Positions 51,216 through 64,000 of a stretch of DNA of 64,000 nucleotides are shown in pieces; position 1 is the first letter of the stretch; each line of letters starts with the position of its first letter. A program made the translations under genes and the position numbers. The DNA is from Phoronis australis (Eukaryota; Animalia; Phoronida), in contig NMRA01000315.1 in the NCBI GenBank assembly GCA_002633005.1, positions 1 through 64,000 on the forward strand, written 5' to 3'. The notes under the pieces are model-generated. The model made no database searches, was not told the DNA's origin, and was given only the letters and a program-made list of their open reading frames with translations.

Positions 51216-52880
51216 TGGTAAATTTACTATCTATTTCCCATCAAAATTAACAACAGTTGGTAAAGTATCTAAAATATGCACAAAACACTTCTGTAAAACC
51301 TTGGTGATTATTTTGTTGTAATGACCTATCAAATGTTTAAGTACATGTGCACTGCTTACAGTATAAAATTAATGGACTTTTGGACTTTTTAAAAAAGTTT
51401 GAAATAACACTCAGAGGCGCATAATCTGTACTACTTTGTCTATTCAAGTATTTTAATGAACTGAGACTAGTAGTTTTGCCTGTGGAGTTGGCCACTGTTA
51501 TAACTGTAATATAGGGCCCTTGTGCAAGCCTATGTATTAAGTCTATCAAGACAACCAAACGATCACAAACATTAGTGATTTCCAACCACAATAATGTTAT
51601 AAGTAAAGTGTTCCACAGCAATAGAAACATGGCTCGGCTATCATGTTACAATAATGAGATTAATGAATTCTATCAACTGCTAGTTAGTTATGTTAATTAG
51701 CAGATGCCTAATGTGATTATTTAATAGTTTGTCTGTCAGCCTGTCAAGGCTATCTACTTTTATTAAGCTAGCACTACCAATGTGAGATTTCACCCTTGTC
51801 ACCAATTACATTTTATGTACTTGCATATAAACAATGTTCAAGGAGATAGCTTCTCAAAATAAGTTATGAAATAAAATGAATTATGAAATGGCTCATTGAA
51901 TGCTGGCGTTGTCACTAAAAAGTCCTCACTTGTCCACCATAACTTGCTTCATAGTTGTTGGTTCACAGGTCCTGTGTCATGTACTGTGATGTGAAGTGAG
52001 CATTCTGTTATGGTATTCTGTTTGACTGTTGCACCCGAACATATTTGCAAAATATGAAACCATCGTTCATGCTACAGGCTAGCATAATTTTTGTTATCAA
52101 TTTCTTGCTTCTAATTTGGCCAAAGTTTGATAAAATTATTGGAATTTTCTGCGGAAATGCAGATTTCTCAAAATTTGCTTTGCAAAAGCAGGGCAGCGTT
52201 CTGTAGATGTGAGAGACTAAGTCTTCGCACTATCAACATGCATTACAAGCATTGGGCGTCCTGGTCACACTTACGCGATTCTTTTGTCTATGGGACTCGG
52301 CCCTGGTCATTAATTACATTTTCCACCAGACATTGTATACACTGTACGTATTGCATGTACTCTGTAGAAAGATGACTATTATTTGAGTACCAAATACAAC
52401 CCGTGTCAATGTGTGCATGAGCACATGGAAATTTACGAATATAACACAGGTTGGAAATGGATAAAACAGAATAGTGGTTTCCGTAAGCCCTGTCCCAGTA
52501 AAACCGGTATGAGGGAAGCCACTTGAAATAAATAATAGAGTGGTTGTATTCAGAACAAATGAAACATTAAGGGCTTTTTGTTCATCTTGCAAATATATCA
52601 TATTTTCCGTTGTTTTGGTTCAAGGCAAACAAATTTTCAGGTTCGATTTCGAATACAAAGATTAGACCATGAGCTCAAATCCTAGCGTTTCCTCCAACGG
52701 ACATCTAATGGTGGTGTTTAATCTGGTTGTCTTTCACCAGGAACACTCAATGTACATCGAGGTCATTTGTATTTTTATTTTTTATCCCGCCGTTTCCGTC
52801 TCCTGTATTTCCGGTCCATTTCCCGAAAACTTTTTCCACGTCAGACATCGAACTGTTACGTGCAATCCAACCAGGCGTGC

Positions 52881-53028
52881 GTTCAGTAGACGCTAGGACT
52901 TGCGCTAGGATCTAGTTAAAACCTAGACAAAGTCACGTGTTCTCATTTAGAATGCACGGCAATATCCCACGTAATCTCGCGAAGCCTTGCTTTTTAGCGA
53001 GGTCCTAGCGTTACTGAACGGGAGGCTG
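52881..53028. repeat. Palindromic MITE-like repeat, same family as 2920-3089
   Basis: gttcagtagacgctaggact ... aggtcctagcgttactgaac inverted ends. Confidence 0.75.
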
Positions 53029-56000
53029 ATCACCTGAAATGGGAGAGAGTGGAAGAAACGTAAACAAGACGAGAGAAACTACGCAAAAACACAAACTAAA
53101 GCTTGAGCTGAAGGAAAAATTAAAGCCGCACTGAACTGCTATCAACACGGAGTCCATTAATAACAAACCATTCCTCTTTCATAAACGCGATGGCGTAAAT
53201 GGAAGTGAGTGGTGCGATGTCACTGTGCTTAACTTTGGCAGTTTGAGTGCACTACGTGTAATGTTTTTTGACAAGAATGTCTACCGACTCTGACCCCCGA
53301 CTATAAATCATGTCTTGCAAAAGACTACGAAGCACATTGATGCGACCTATGAGCTATAACCGTGATCATTCATTGGTGTGACAGTAGTATAAAATAGGAA
53401 CCAGTGGCGTCACAGTTCCTACTTTTCGTGAAAGCGGGCTTATGTGCTTGCACTCGAACTGTTCTTAAACTAACTCCTCTTATTTTCGCAAAACAAGCAT
53501 GTGTTGTTTTAATTGTTATACAATTTTAGGCATGAACAGTTTAGATATCTGGGGGTGAGTATTTACTCGCAACATTCCCTGTAGAGCTTGAAGACTCTCA
53601 AAACGCTTGGACACCACAAGTTTATTAATAATAAATGATTTGCAGTCAGCGGGGTACAATATTAGTTACAGTTCTATTGCATAAGGTTATGGAGGACCTT
53701 ATTGTTGGTGTATGGAGTCAAATATCTACAAAAGTATCGAATTTAACTCACTAAAATTATACATTTTATGAAAGAATAACGCCTGTAGAATTTGATTTTT
53801 TACTTTATACCAATATGCTATTATTTGGATCACATGACCATGTCTTTTGGTAAAATTTAGAACGGTAAAAAGAAACGTACTTCTATTGTGAAAACGGTAT
53901 CAATAACATGGCCAAATTTCGTTCACTATGTTGAAGAGTAAAACCTCAAAACCGCTATTCAGTAACATTTTACACCCATTGGCCAACGATACTGTAGTAC
54001 TCTGGTATTTGCGGAGTAGGGTTTGGTTTACCTAACAGAGCTAAAACTGCGAGCACGGGGGTAGCAGGTTCGAGTCCGTGCTGAGTCTGCTCCCAGAAAA
54101 TCACTTATCTCGTCGATAATAGTTCATGAAAATTCGTCATGTAGGCTAACTCCCTATAGATGGGGACACCCGAGGGGGTGCTAAGAGAAACGGGAACACC
54201 GTGTGTCTATTGCTGTTTGATTTACTTAAGGGATTTCTGGCTGTCTACCAAATGATACTTAACATAAGCAAGTAGATATACAGCAAACCGATCAGAATAC
54301 GTGCTAAATTGAGAATTGACCAATAAAGGAGGCATCTGACCTGGGATGTTTAATAAGACGATTTCACTGCTTACAATGGACCAGGTGGCAAGGACTAGAG
54401 GATTAAGCTTTAGTAAAATGCAAAACATGAAGGTTAATCAAAAGTAAGCAAATTCAGAAATTATCTAACGATAAAGAGTGCAACAGGACAGCGGCATCTA
54501 AACGAACGAGGAAACGTGACGTAAACAAATTAAATATAATGAACTTGAGTGTGAACCAAACTTGCACCTGTTAGGAAACTAAGACTGAAATGGATACAGA
54601 ACGCTGTCTCTAGGTAATAATGGTCAACCTCCAATGGTGATTTATGAAACCATTATTTATCCTCAAACTTTAATGAGCATTTTCCAAAAACTTCGAGGTA
54701 TTAGAGGAAAACATTAAAATAAAATTGTCGGTATAGGGGGCACAACGATAGTCGGATCCGTCCGAACGTTGTTGTTCATTGAGATACGGACATCGAATGC
54801 AAATGACTCCGTGAGAATTCTACCTCGAGAGGCGATGAGGCGAATGTCTCACTATTCCGGATTTTTTACTTGTCGAGAGCAAGTCCTCACAACATGCAGC
54901 TGTGCTGAGCTAAGTGCTTCGGCCGATTACCTTCGGTAGCCAATGAAAATGATTTATTACATCAGTCACCTGACAACAACAAATCTCTCTGGCACTGGCT
55001 CATCATTGTCTGTATCCATCGCTACTACAGTTGCGACTAATACTCGGAACGCAGTTTATATGTCAGTGAGCATTTTGCCTCGCTGGGTTTCAATGACTCC
55101 GGGCGTGAAGTAAATTTCACTCGAGCCCGGCAGACACTGAGCTGAGCACGTACATGGTGCATTCCGTAAATTCAATTTCCAATACTCAAACTGAAAATGA
55201 GAGATCCAGTTTTTGTTCTATACCCCATTTTAAATTTGCCATCATCATAAACTCGTCCCATTTCACGACACCTCGTATTTCGTCAATAGACATACACAAG
55301 TCCCACTCTCGTCTAGAGGACTGTTCGTGATCGCACTGTAATAATTACCGCATTAGCAATGTTCCCACACACCGGCTCAAATAAATTGATATCTCATGGA
55401 CTAATACTGTTTAATTTAATTTTTAACTGTTTGATTTCTGAAATTGAAGTCCGCGTTGAAAGTTAAGCCAGGAAATATGAAAATAATTAGCCAAACTATT
55501 TGATTTCAAGGTATTGTTTCAGTTCTGTGGTTCCCCTTGACGAATAGCTTATAGTAACTGTGTCCACCGTGCGAGTCATGAAAAGGAGCAACTGATGAAC
55601 GGACTAGATTGATATCTGTTGAAACCAAATAGAAAATTTGATTTGAGTTCCATATGAGATTTTTTATTTGTAAAACGAATATCGAAACCCCATATCCCAT
55701 TTCCAATTGGCAGCTCAAATTGAAAGTTAAACACACTTCCGTTTCCCATGTTTACGGTTTAAATTTCAAAATGTTATATTGAAGTCATGCTTGTGTTGGT
55801 GTTACAGACGTTAGTGAAAATAATGCTCACTGTCACGTAAATATATAATTTGCATGGGCATGCGCATTAACACCATGTAGGAGGGAACAAGGTAGAGTAA
55901 ACAACTTAACGATTTTTATGTTGGGCACTTGACAATGAAATTCATGGCTAGTAAATGGCAAAAATGCGCTTGATAATAAACTTCTGATATCATTACAATC

Positions 56001-56376
56001 ATAACGTGATTATTGCGACTATTGTGAATGACCGGCAACCAACAATGAACGTAAGTTACGGTATCATTTGTTAATTCTGTTTTCAAAAAAATATGGAAAA
56101 CAAACAACTAAATACTAGATTTTAAACAAAATACGGGTTTTCATTTTCATTTTCATTTTACAAATTGGAATACGAAATTGAACAAACATTGGATTTTCAA
56201 TGTTCTTTTTGCATATTGAAAATTGAATTAACAAATGTGTCGTGTACGTATTCGGGTGTTTGTCTCGAGAGAAATTGACCTCACGCCATTGTTATCTGCG
56301 CTCAGCGAGGCCAAATGCACACTCTGACGTAAACTACGAAATGGTATAATGAACAAAAGTCGCATTTTTCATTTTC

Positions 56377-56713
56377 CAGTGGCGGATTTAGGGTGGGGGG
56401 CAAGGGGGCGTGGCCCCCCTAAAATCCTAAAACTCTCCTAGATACCCTTTGGCAGTTCGGGGTGCGAATTGCTGACTAGCATAAGCGGCGCGCACCCGGG
56501 GTGGGAGGGGGGGGGGGTCGGGAGGCGAATGCAAAATGCACAGGCCTTGAACAAACCCCGTTTACCGTTTTTTGTAGTGATAAGTTCCACAAACCCAAAA
56601 ATTCGAGACTCCTGCATCATCGCTACATTTTAGGTTGAGCGCGCGCATATGGCAAAATTCTGGTTATTCGTGGGCCCTGACCCCCCTAACTCAAAATCCT
56701 GGATCCGCCCCTG
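56377..56713. mobile_element. MITE with 5-bp TSD TTTTC containing a nested GC-rich insertion (about 56480-56651)
   Basis: ttttc|cagtggcggattt ... ggatccgcccctg|ttttc; the family sequence is interrupted by gcgcgcacccgggg...gagcgcgcgcat. Confidence 0.85.
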
Positions 56714-59492
56714 TTTTCGTTTTGCATATTGAGAATTGCATTAGCGGAATGCATCGTAATTTACTATTTACGGCGTTCCTTGGTGAAAGCATGCTTGAAC
56801 ACGCTGTGTCGCCGCGTGATGGGTCGAATTGGCTTGTGCTCATACAATAGCTCAACTTGGGTTCTTATCTGATCTAAATACACTTAAAGCGGTGTAGCTG
56901 TCCTTGACTGAGTGAGCAATGTTTTTGTGACGATAAAAATTAATTACTGAGTATCAGTATTTATGGATCGCTTTCTTTCATTATCCCAAGCCCACTGTCT
57001 GAACATATTTTATATTACCCTCACGTGGTAAAATTGACGTTAGGCGAAAGTGTGCGCCAGAAGTCATCAGCATGGGTTGCATGAGATTGTCTTCAAATAA
57101 TTACCCTCAAGCCCTATCAAATAGAACGGTCTCTACACAGCGGCACTTGAATCTCGCGGTATTTACCCACGATGTTGTAACATCCATCAAGCCTCTGGCC
57201 TCGTTCTCACGCCACTGGAGTTTCCCAGTGGGTGCGTTGCTATTTTCAAGTTTTTCTCGATTGCATTAATTGCATTCCACCTTGCAATGCCGGCAAAAAT
57301 TTACTCTTGTCAAATAATGGGAGGGTCTGACGGTAGAATTTATCCCTCTGCTTTTAAATTAATGAATCACTATGTAGTAATTAAATTCCTGTCCACCAAA
57401 TCTAATTCGGGATCAAGCGGAAGTCACTTTCGTGCTCTCTAGAGAGCGATTCCCGGCTTGTCATTGGATATTGTGCCCGCAAAATACGATGAGGTGCCGG
57501 CACAAGCATCAGTCGAAGAATGTTGTCTATTTGTTAATGATGTAAGACACGGGTTAGTTGGGTGGAATGACCCTTAATGATAGTTGGCCTTAAGGATTGA
57601 ATGTAGGTTGTTTGTCTTAGAAAGCCATGTGCAAAAATGTTCGTGATGGGCACCTTGGATGTAGACGACCCATGTCCTTCAGTTCAACTTTAAAGATTTT
57701 ATAAAGCAGTTCTGCAGCAGTGAAAAAGAGCAATCTGTTAATCCAGTAAATGTGTTTTCTTGAGGTTGTTTCATGTTTCATTGAAGGTCTTTTGAATGCA
57801 GTATAGGTTACGTTGGGACATCCCTTGTTAAATGTGCTGCAATAAACTCACGTTTAGTCGAATAAGCTAACATTTGATCTAGACCTCTTCCCGCCATGTC
57901 ATTGGATTCAATTTGTTCCTTACTCAACTGAAAAGTGATTTCCGCTCTCGCACATGAGCGAATAAAATGACGTCACCGCAGACGTAGTGTTCTCCACAAC
58001 CGTGAGAAAATTGAAACTCGACTTAATTTCAAAATTTATGTACATGTGTTCAAAAGTTAATGTCTATACTGTGCCGGGCGTTTGTACGTTACGTCTTGAA
58101 ATAAATGCACCGAACTGGTACCAAAAGTCCAAAACGTCCCAATGTGCTTATGAATCTCCATATACTTCAAATGCTGAGGTTTTTAAACTCGACGCAAGTG
58201 AGCCAAACTCGTCATGGCAAAATTCAAACTCGACTCAGTGACGAGTCAAAACAGGTCGTACAGAACGCTGCACCATTATCGACAAGTTAACTGATGTATC
58301 GCCGGAGTCAGGAGTCCAATAGGCCTAACCGTCGCTAGTCACCTCGCTAGTAAAGCATGATCTCGCGCTATTCCGCGAGATATCGCCGTGTACTGTCAAT
58401 GAAAGGACGCGATTTTGGTTAATTTTTCTCGCCGCGATACAGCTTATTGAACTCTACCCTCTACTCGACCAGAGTAGTATACTGTCAGTTCTTTCCAAGC
58501 CAGGAAATCATAATTCATATTATATTTGGACTAATGATGTGAGACCAATTTCATAACTGTAAGTGATCTAAATCACATGGTGTTTTGTGATGAAAGCGTT
58601 CATAGCTCGCCTCAACTTTGTCCTCAATTAAAAAAGCGACTCGCCAACACTTCTGTTTTTATTATTTATACTATGATTGGAATTGAGATTGTACAGTATA
58701 TGCTCATGGGTTTTGTCTTAATATGTTCTGCTGAAGGTGTCCATTTTGACCAGTCAATCAAGCGCTCAATACACGTTTAATTTTCGAATTGTTTTATTTA
58801 CTTTGATTTAAGAAAGGTTTAATATAGGCGTAAAGTTCATGAGCAAAATTTAAACTTTTACCATGAAATGTGGTCTTGAATTTTTCGGCCTAGTGACTGA
58901 GGAATCCTTACAACCCTTCTCAGTTGGTGATTGTTGAGTGAATATGTTGTTGGAACGAACAATCGTGGGCATAAGTTGTATTTAAACCTCAATACGGCAA
59001 TCACTGATTACTACTATTACTGCATAAGGAACCAATGTTCGAAATAAGCTTCAAACATTAGGTGAAATGACGACACTTGGTGTGCATGAAACATGAGTCA
59101 TCACCAGACAGTTTAGGTAAGGTTACCCTCAAATGTTTCCGCTAAGCCATTCCAACTAAACTAGTTGCAGATTCACATATGTTGTGAGACATCTGAACAG
59201 TGTGATTTAAAGCTAGCACAAGTTGCAACTTTATAATTGCTTGGTCAATTTTGATGCTTGAAAAACGAATTCTTAAAATTTTTACACTAAAGATAGCTAA
59301 AAACCTTTCAAAACACGAAAATAGGTAGAACCAATGTTTCAGTGCTGTCAGGCAAATTTAGTTTGTTAAATGAGCACACCAAACCCCGAGAGTATTTCCA
59401 CGCTCAGCGCCGAAGCCGTCTCCACATTCACAAGAGAAAATTGGGTAGACCTAAAGCTGATATGTGCACATAATTAAAGAAACCGGCGCGAC

Positions 59493-59972
59493 TATGAAGC
59501 GCCAAAGGGTTCTTAAACCAGAACCTTTCTGCGAGTAGAAATGTGCTTAATGAGCGCGTACCGGTAAGTTCTAAAATGTTCATCGTTTTGCTCTCAACAT
59601 GCACTTTTGCTTAATGTACGCGTAATTTTACTTAATCAATAATTTTACTTAATCAACGCGTACGTTTAGTCAGATCAAACAATCCAGTCACACCCATGCT
59701 CTCAAATCTCAAAATGGTGGTCACTTGATACGAATCTGCAACATTCTTCAAAAGTTGCCTTGCACCCATGTAGAACGTCTTCCGCCATTTTGATATTTGA
59801 TAGCACGGGTGTGATTGGACTATAAGAACTGACTAAATGTACGCGTTGAATGAGCAATAGTGCGCGTTAAATGAGAGCAGAACGATGATCGCTTAAGAGC
59901 TAAAAGTACGCGTTGATTAAGTACATTTCTACCGGCACAGGCTCTGGTTTAAGAACCCTTTGGCGCTTCATA
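59493..59972. mobile_element. Long foldback element (arms about 210 bp)
   Basis: tatgaagcgccaaagggttcttaaaccaga ... tctggtttaagaaccctttggcgcttcata; inverted similarity continues inward to a spacer of about 60 bp. Confidence 0.88.
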
Positions 59973-61459
59973 CGCGGCTACGTGCATCGGGTTGATTTTG
60001 AAATTCGATGCATTCCCTGTTGGTCCATGATTGACCCAAATTCCAAAAAACAATCAAGATACCTAAGAACAGTTTAGAAATCATAATCCAACGCTCACCA
60101 GACGACAATTCTCGCAATACTTCAAGTAGTGTTGCCTACGTAGTCAATACTCTGGCTCAGAATAACTTAAACTTTATATATTTGGAGCATGAACTCATAT
60201 GACATTATAGAAGTTCATGATTGGAGTAATGATGCAAACCGAGGATGATAACTTTTCAAAAAGACCACAACATAGAAATGAGACTGTTATATTTCTCTCT
60301 AGGTTTATTTTTTTTACAAATTTATCTCAAAATTTCGCCCTTGGTCATTCAAAATGCTTCTTCTTTAACTTACTTGCAGCGTCTAATGACCGAAAAGCGT
60401 AGACTGGGGCGAACAATTTCAATAAATCGAAACGCAGTTTCGGTAAATAATGCCATCTATGTGATGACGTAACTTGTAAAGACCGTCGTTAATTACGACT
60501 TTTAGTGAAAGAGGCCCCCAGCTAAAACACTTTTAAGTTATTCTTCATACTTTATCGAGTTTGTATGGTGGATTACATTTGTTGTCTTTATTGTTAATGG
60601 CATGAGAATTTCGTTGAACAAGTCAACAGTAACTTTCCTCTACCAGACGGTTTAGAGCTTTCTTATTGCAATGGAACAGTTGGCCACTTTTGATTTCGTG
60701 TACTTGGCAACCATTTCAATCAGTGAGATGAATGTCCTGTTCCATTCGAGCAAAATATATCAAATACTGATTTTCGAAAAACATACGATTTTGCCTGTTG
60801 CATTAAATTATCCGTCGTGCTAGATTAGGCTTAAAAGCTTAATTAAAATTACAAGCGAAAATCCTCATGCGCAGCGTATTTGTGGCTTTTAAATTGGATA
60901 TCACCAGTTCAAAGGGAGTTACAAGCCGGTCGGACGCTATCAAACGCGCGTGCATCGACTCGTTAGAATGAACGCAAGCAACGAGAAGTCAACCTTCAGT
61001 TACAGGAGATCCAAAAACTCCTGACCTCACGACGGCAGTATTGAGGAGGTCTTACTGAATAATCTCCGTGCCACTCAGTAATTAAAATCCAACTCATCAG
61101 GAACGCGAAATTACATGACCTTGCGATGAAACTCATACTGCTTGCCCGGGTCATACGGAGAATCATTGCAACTAACATATTATCCATGATGCCTTGGTTC
61201 AACGGGGATGCTGCGATGGAACTTATTCATCTTAGGACCAAACGGCAAGTGACGTATACGAAACTGATGGCATATTGCGAATTGACTTGTTGAATTGTTG
61301 AAAGCAACTAACTGAAATGTTTACATCTGTCACCGACTTATCATTATGTGGACTACGGGAAAGCATGTGAGTGCAAAATTTCGAGTTCTAGATATCAAAG
61401 ACAAAATTATGTTTTCTTCATAAGGCATTGTCTGAGCACGTGTTTGTTGTTAGTTTGTG

Positions 61460-61625
61460 ACACCATCACAACCACCACTGTCACCACCGTTACATCATCA
61501 CTACCGTGTCACCACTTCTACTGCCATGACCACCACCACCACTCCCCCCATCACCACCATCATTTCCAACACCACCGGCACCACCAACCTCACCACTANC
61601 ACCACCACTACCATAACCCACAACT
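61460..61625. repeat. Degenerate (CAC)n microsatellite
   Basis: caccatcacaaccaccact...caccaccactaccataacc. Confidence 0.9.
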
Positions 61626-63469
61626 AACATTTGCACTATTTATCGACTGGCATATTTTCAAGTAATCAAAGTTCTTGATTAGGCCTAGCCCTGGTCCCGT
61701 CCAGCTCCCCAATCAAAGTTCACCATGCCCATGATACGAGGCACGATGTATATCGCGAAATCTCATATCTGAGAAGTGAATTCCCTCAGCACAGGATGGG
61801 AAATTACTTGTCTGTCTTTTTGAGCACATTAGCTGACTAGGCAAGCAGTCGTCAGACGAAACGAAATTGTTTTAGTGAAAATGAATAATTAACAGATACT
61901 TTGAAGACACATTTGCAAAACAAGTGTATGACCTCTGTGTTTTGTTTCAAGACACATGTTAGATGGTTTAAAGCTACTTGAGAAAATCGATTGATAAAGC
62001 TTTTTTAAAACCGCATGTCATGGTCACTTTAGTTTGATATCTCACCAAACTGTTGGAAGTGCTCTGGCGACCGCAAAGTTTAAAATATAAAGTTGTTTTA
62101 AAATATTTTCTACCAAGTTTGTGTTTTACGGAATAAGGTATATGCATACTGTGAAACTCTTGGTTAAAACCAGGGGAAAACCTCTAAATTGAAACTCCAA
62201 GATTACTCGTATTGAATTTAACACAAAGTACTTAACGAAAGTATTGAAAGGAGTCAAACATGCAAATGGCACCCACTTAGAAACCCTCATTTGCAGCAGT
62301 GGACCGCCACACCTTTAGTGACGCTTAGGCGCACATGGCTATATGAAAAACACACAAGTAAAGGTTTTCATTAAAAACATTCGAATGAAAGCGCAGGGAT
62401 ACATATGTGCATATACCTATATGATCGGCAGACGCTACCAGATGTCGCAGAAGCCTGAAAAAAGCGGAAGTGGCCAACGAAGTGAGAGAAAACTGTCCAA
62501 TACTCGGTCCCGCATCATATCGCCTATCAGTTTCATCGGCCTGTGCGTTTCTTTCAGTTAGACTACTTGTTTTTTCACCTTTTGCACTTAGAACTCGCCA
62601 GATTATCTCCAAGAGGGATATTTGTTGACAAAAAAGACATGACATCATCTTGTAATATCGGACCTCAAAAATAATGTCAAGCGATCATTTCAACTGCGAA
62701 CTCGGATGATTTCCACGACATATTGTTTGGCAGGTATAGGTTAAAGTGGAACTTGCACGCTAATTCCTTATCTCTGTGATTGCTTGGTCACATTAGTTTG
62801 AACCACAACATATAGGATTAGCGACGATGCGAATATGAAGTACGTTGAATACTGCCAAATGTTTTTAAGAACATGTTTTCTGTCGAAATGATCCGCCGTA
62901 AATTACTCAACAGTGTCCAGTAAGTACAGTTTATCGTGACTGACGTGGTCGGTTGGGGAACAACACTGCATGATGCAGGCTATGTGAGCCCCCAAGGTAC
63001 GTCATAAGTGCAACGGTCACCTTGTAGACTTTTTTGCTTTCACATTTACAAGTTGTCAGTAAGTGCAACTGCATTTTATTTAGCGTAGATGATGTTCAAA
63101 CAGCATTGTCGTTTAGTTCCTGTTATAGTTAGGAACATGCGAATACATCTTTAAGCCAACTCATGGACGAGACTGTCTCGCCACCTGGTGTCTCAAAGCA
63201 AAATTAAACTCGACATGACATCCGTCAAAAGAACTTAATTAAGCTTTGACTTACGTCATTTCCCGTTATAAAGTCGTCCACATCTTGTTCTTCACTCAGC
63301 CTAGAAGTGATCTTTGGACTCGGGAGGAACTGACAGTTCGCTATTTTTCCAAACCAATTTCAAAAAAATTCAGGTCACGCCCGTTGGCCAGAACTGACTT
63401 GGTGTGACGAGATAACAAATTGTGAGTGAAGCCTCTATTTCACTACGCAACAACAACATAACGCTAAAT

Positions 63470-63626
63470 CATGGGCGGCGCACCATACGGGGCTGAGGGG
63501 GGGGGGGGGNGGGGGCTATAGCCCACCTACTTTTTTCAGTCGTTGCGCCTGTGGTCTATGGGTGGTGCACCACAGGGGGACTAGGGGCTATAGCTCCCCA
63601 CTTTTTTCAGTGCTGCGCCGCCAATG
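63470..63626. mobile_element. MITE with 5-bp TSD TAAAT
   Basis: taaat|catgggcggcgca ... tgcgccgccaatg|taaat; internal duplication of ggggctatagc..acttttttcagt. Confidence 0.85.
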
Positions 63627-64000
63627 TAAATGGGTTAAATCAATTCTTGGTTCTTTTGACATTTTGACAGACGTTAGTACCACCTTAAACGTCGTTCCCG
63701 CGACTTAATTCTAAACACGCATCATCTAATACTTATCTCACGCTGTTTATTTATGAAATAGATCCTTTCATAGGGGTAATTCATTCCGCATATTTGATAA
63801 AAAATCTACATTTAAGACAGCATTGCGGACCTAGCAATGAAATTTTTGGTCCACTCCAGGAGCCCAATGTGGTGACGCCATCTGCAGCGTCACGACACCT
63901 ACAAATTTCTTGGAAAACTAATTTATCGATGAGATCCCGCCAAAAGGGCAACCATTTTTTAAGACAGTGATTGGAGTCCATCTGCACACTCCACACAATC

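Noticed and set aside
55592-55625. CTGATGA...GAAA spacing suggesting a hammerhead
   Set aside because: Stem II is out of register, and no stem I or III with a cleavage triplet could be formed
61348-61665. His/Thr-rich 105-aa ORF
   Set aside because: Translation of a CAC microsatellite, with a GTG start and no exon support
57000-64000. Protein-coding gene in the right end
   Set aside because: Scattered exon-like stretches (about 57,650-57,735 and 61,000-61,200, minus strand) gave no recognisable motif or consistent phase chain. A divergent gene cannot be excluded without transcript data.

Overview
This is eukaryotic, not prokaryotic, DNA: an AT-rich, intron-containing invertebrate-type scaffold with two assembly gaps. 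Most of the short ORFs in the track are noise. Exons were joined by hand using GT-AG sites and reading phase. Left third: a diverged tandem segmental duplication (unit about 11-13 kb, junction near 12,838, homologous to 23,640). Each unit carries an intact 2-exon secreted coiled-coil/C-type lectin gene (216 aa, non-canonical sugar-binding motifs). The right unit ends inside an intact 6-exon RDH11/12/13-like short-chain dehydrogenase (316 aa), and the left unit holds a 5'-truncated, frameshifted pseudogene of it. Middle: a housekeeping cluster of BBIP1 (+), a 12-exon NELFA (-, about 490 aa), and, head-to-head with NELFA, a PIGBOS1-like microprotein ORF followed on the same strand by a GEMIN7 coding exon that opens with a splice acceptor. 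This suggests one promoter making two unrelated proteins, either bicistronic or by splicing versus intronic polyadenylation, and is the best candidate for something undescribed. Non-autonomous transposons are abundant: a Kolobok-like TTAA element with a decayed THAP ORF, MITEs with 5-bp and 6-bp target-site duplications, tRNA-like SINE heads, and foldbacks, one carrying two degenerate hammerhead-ribozyme cores. No recognisable gene was found in the right 12 kb. Gene identities rest on remembered family motifs, not database searches.
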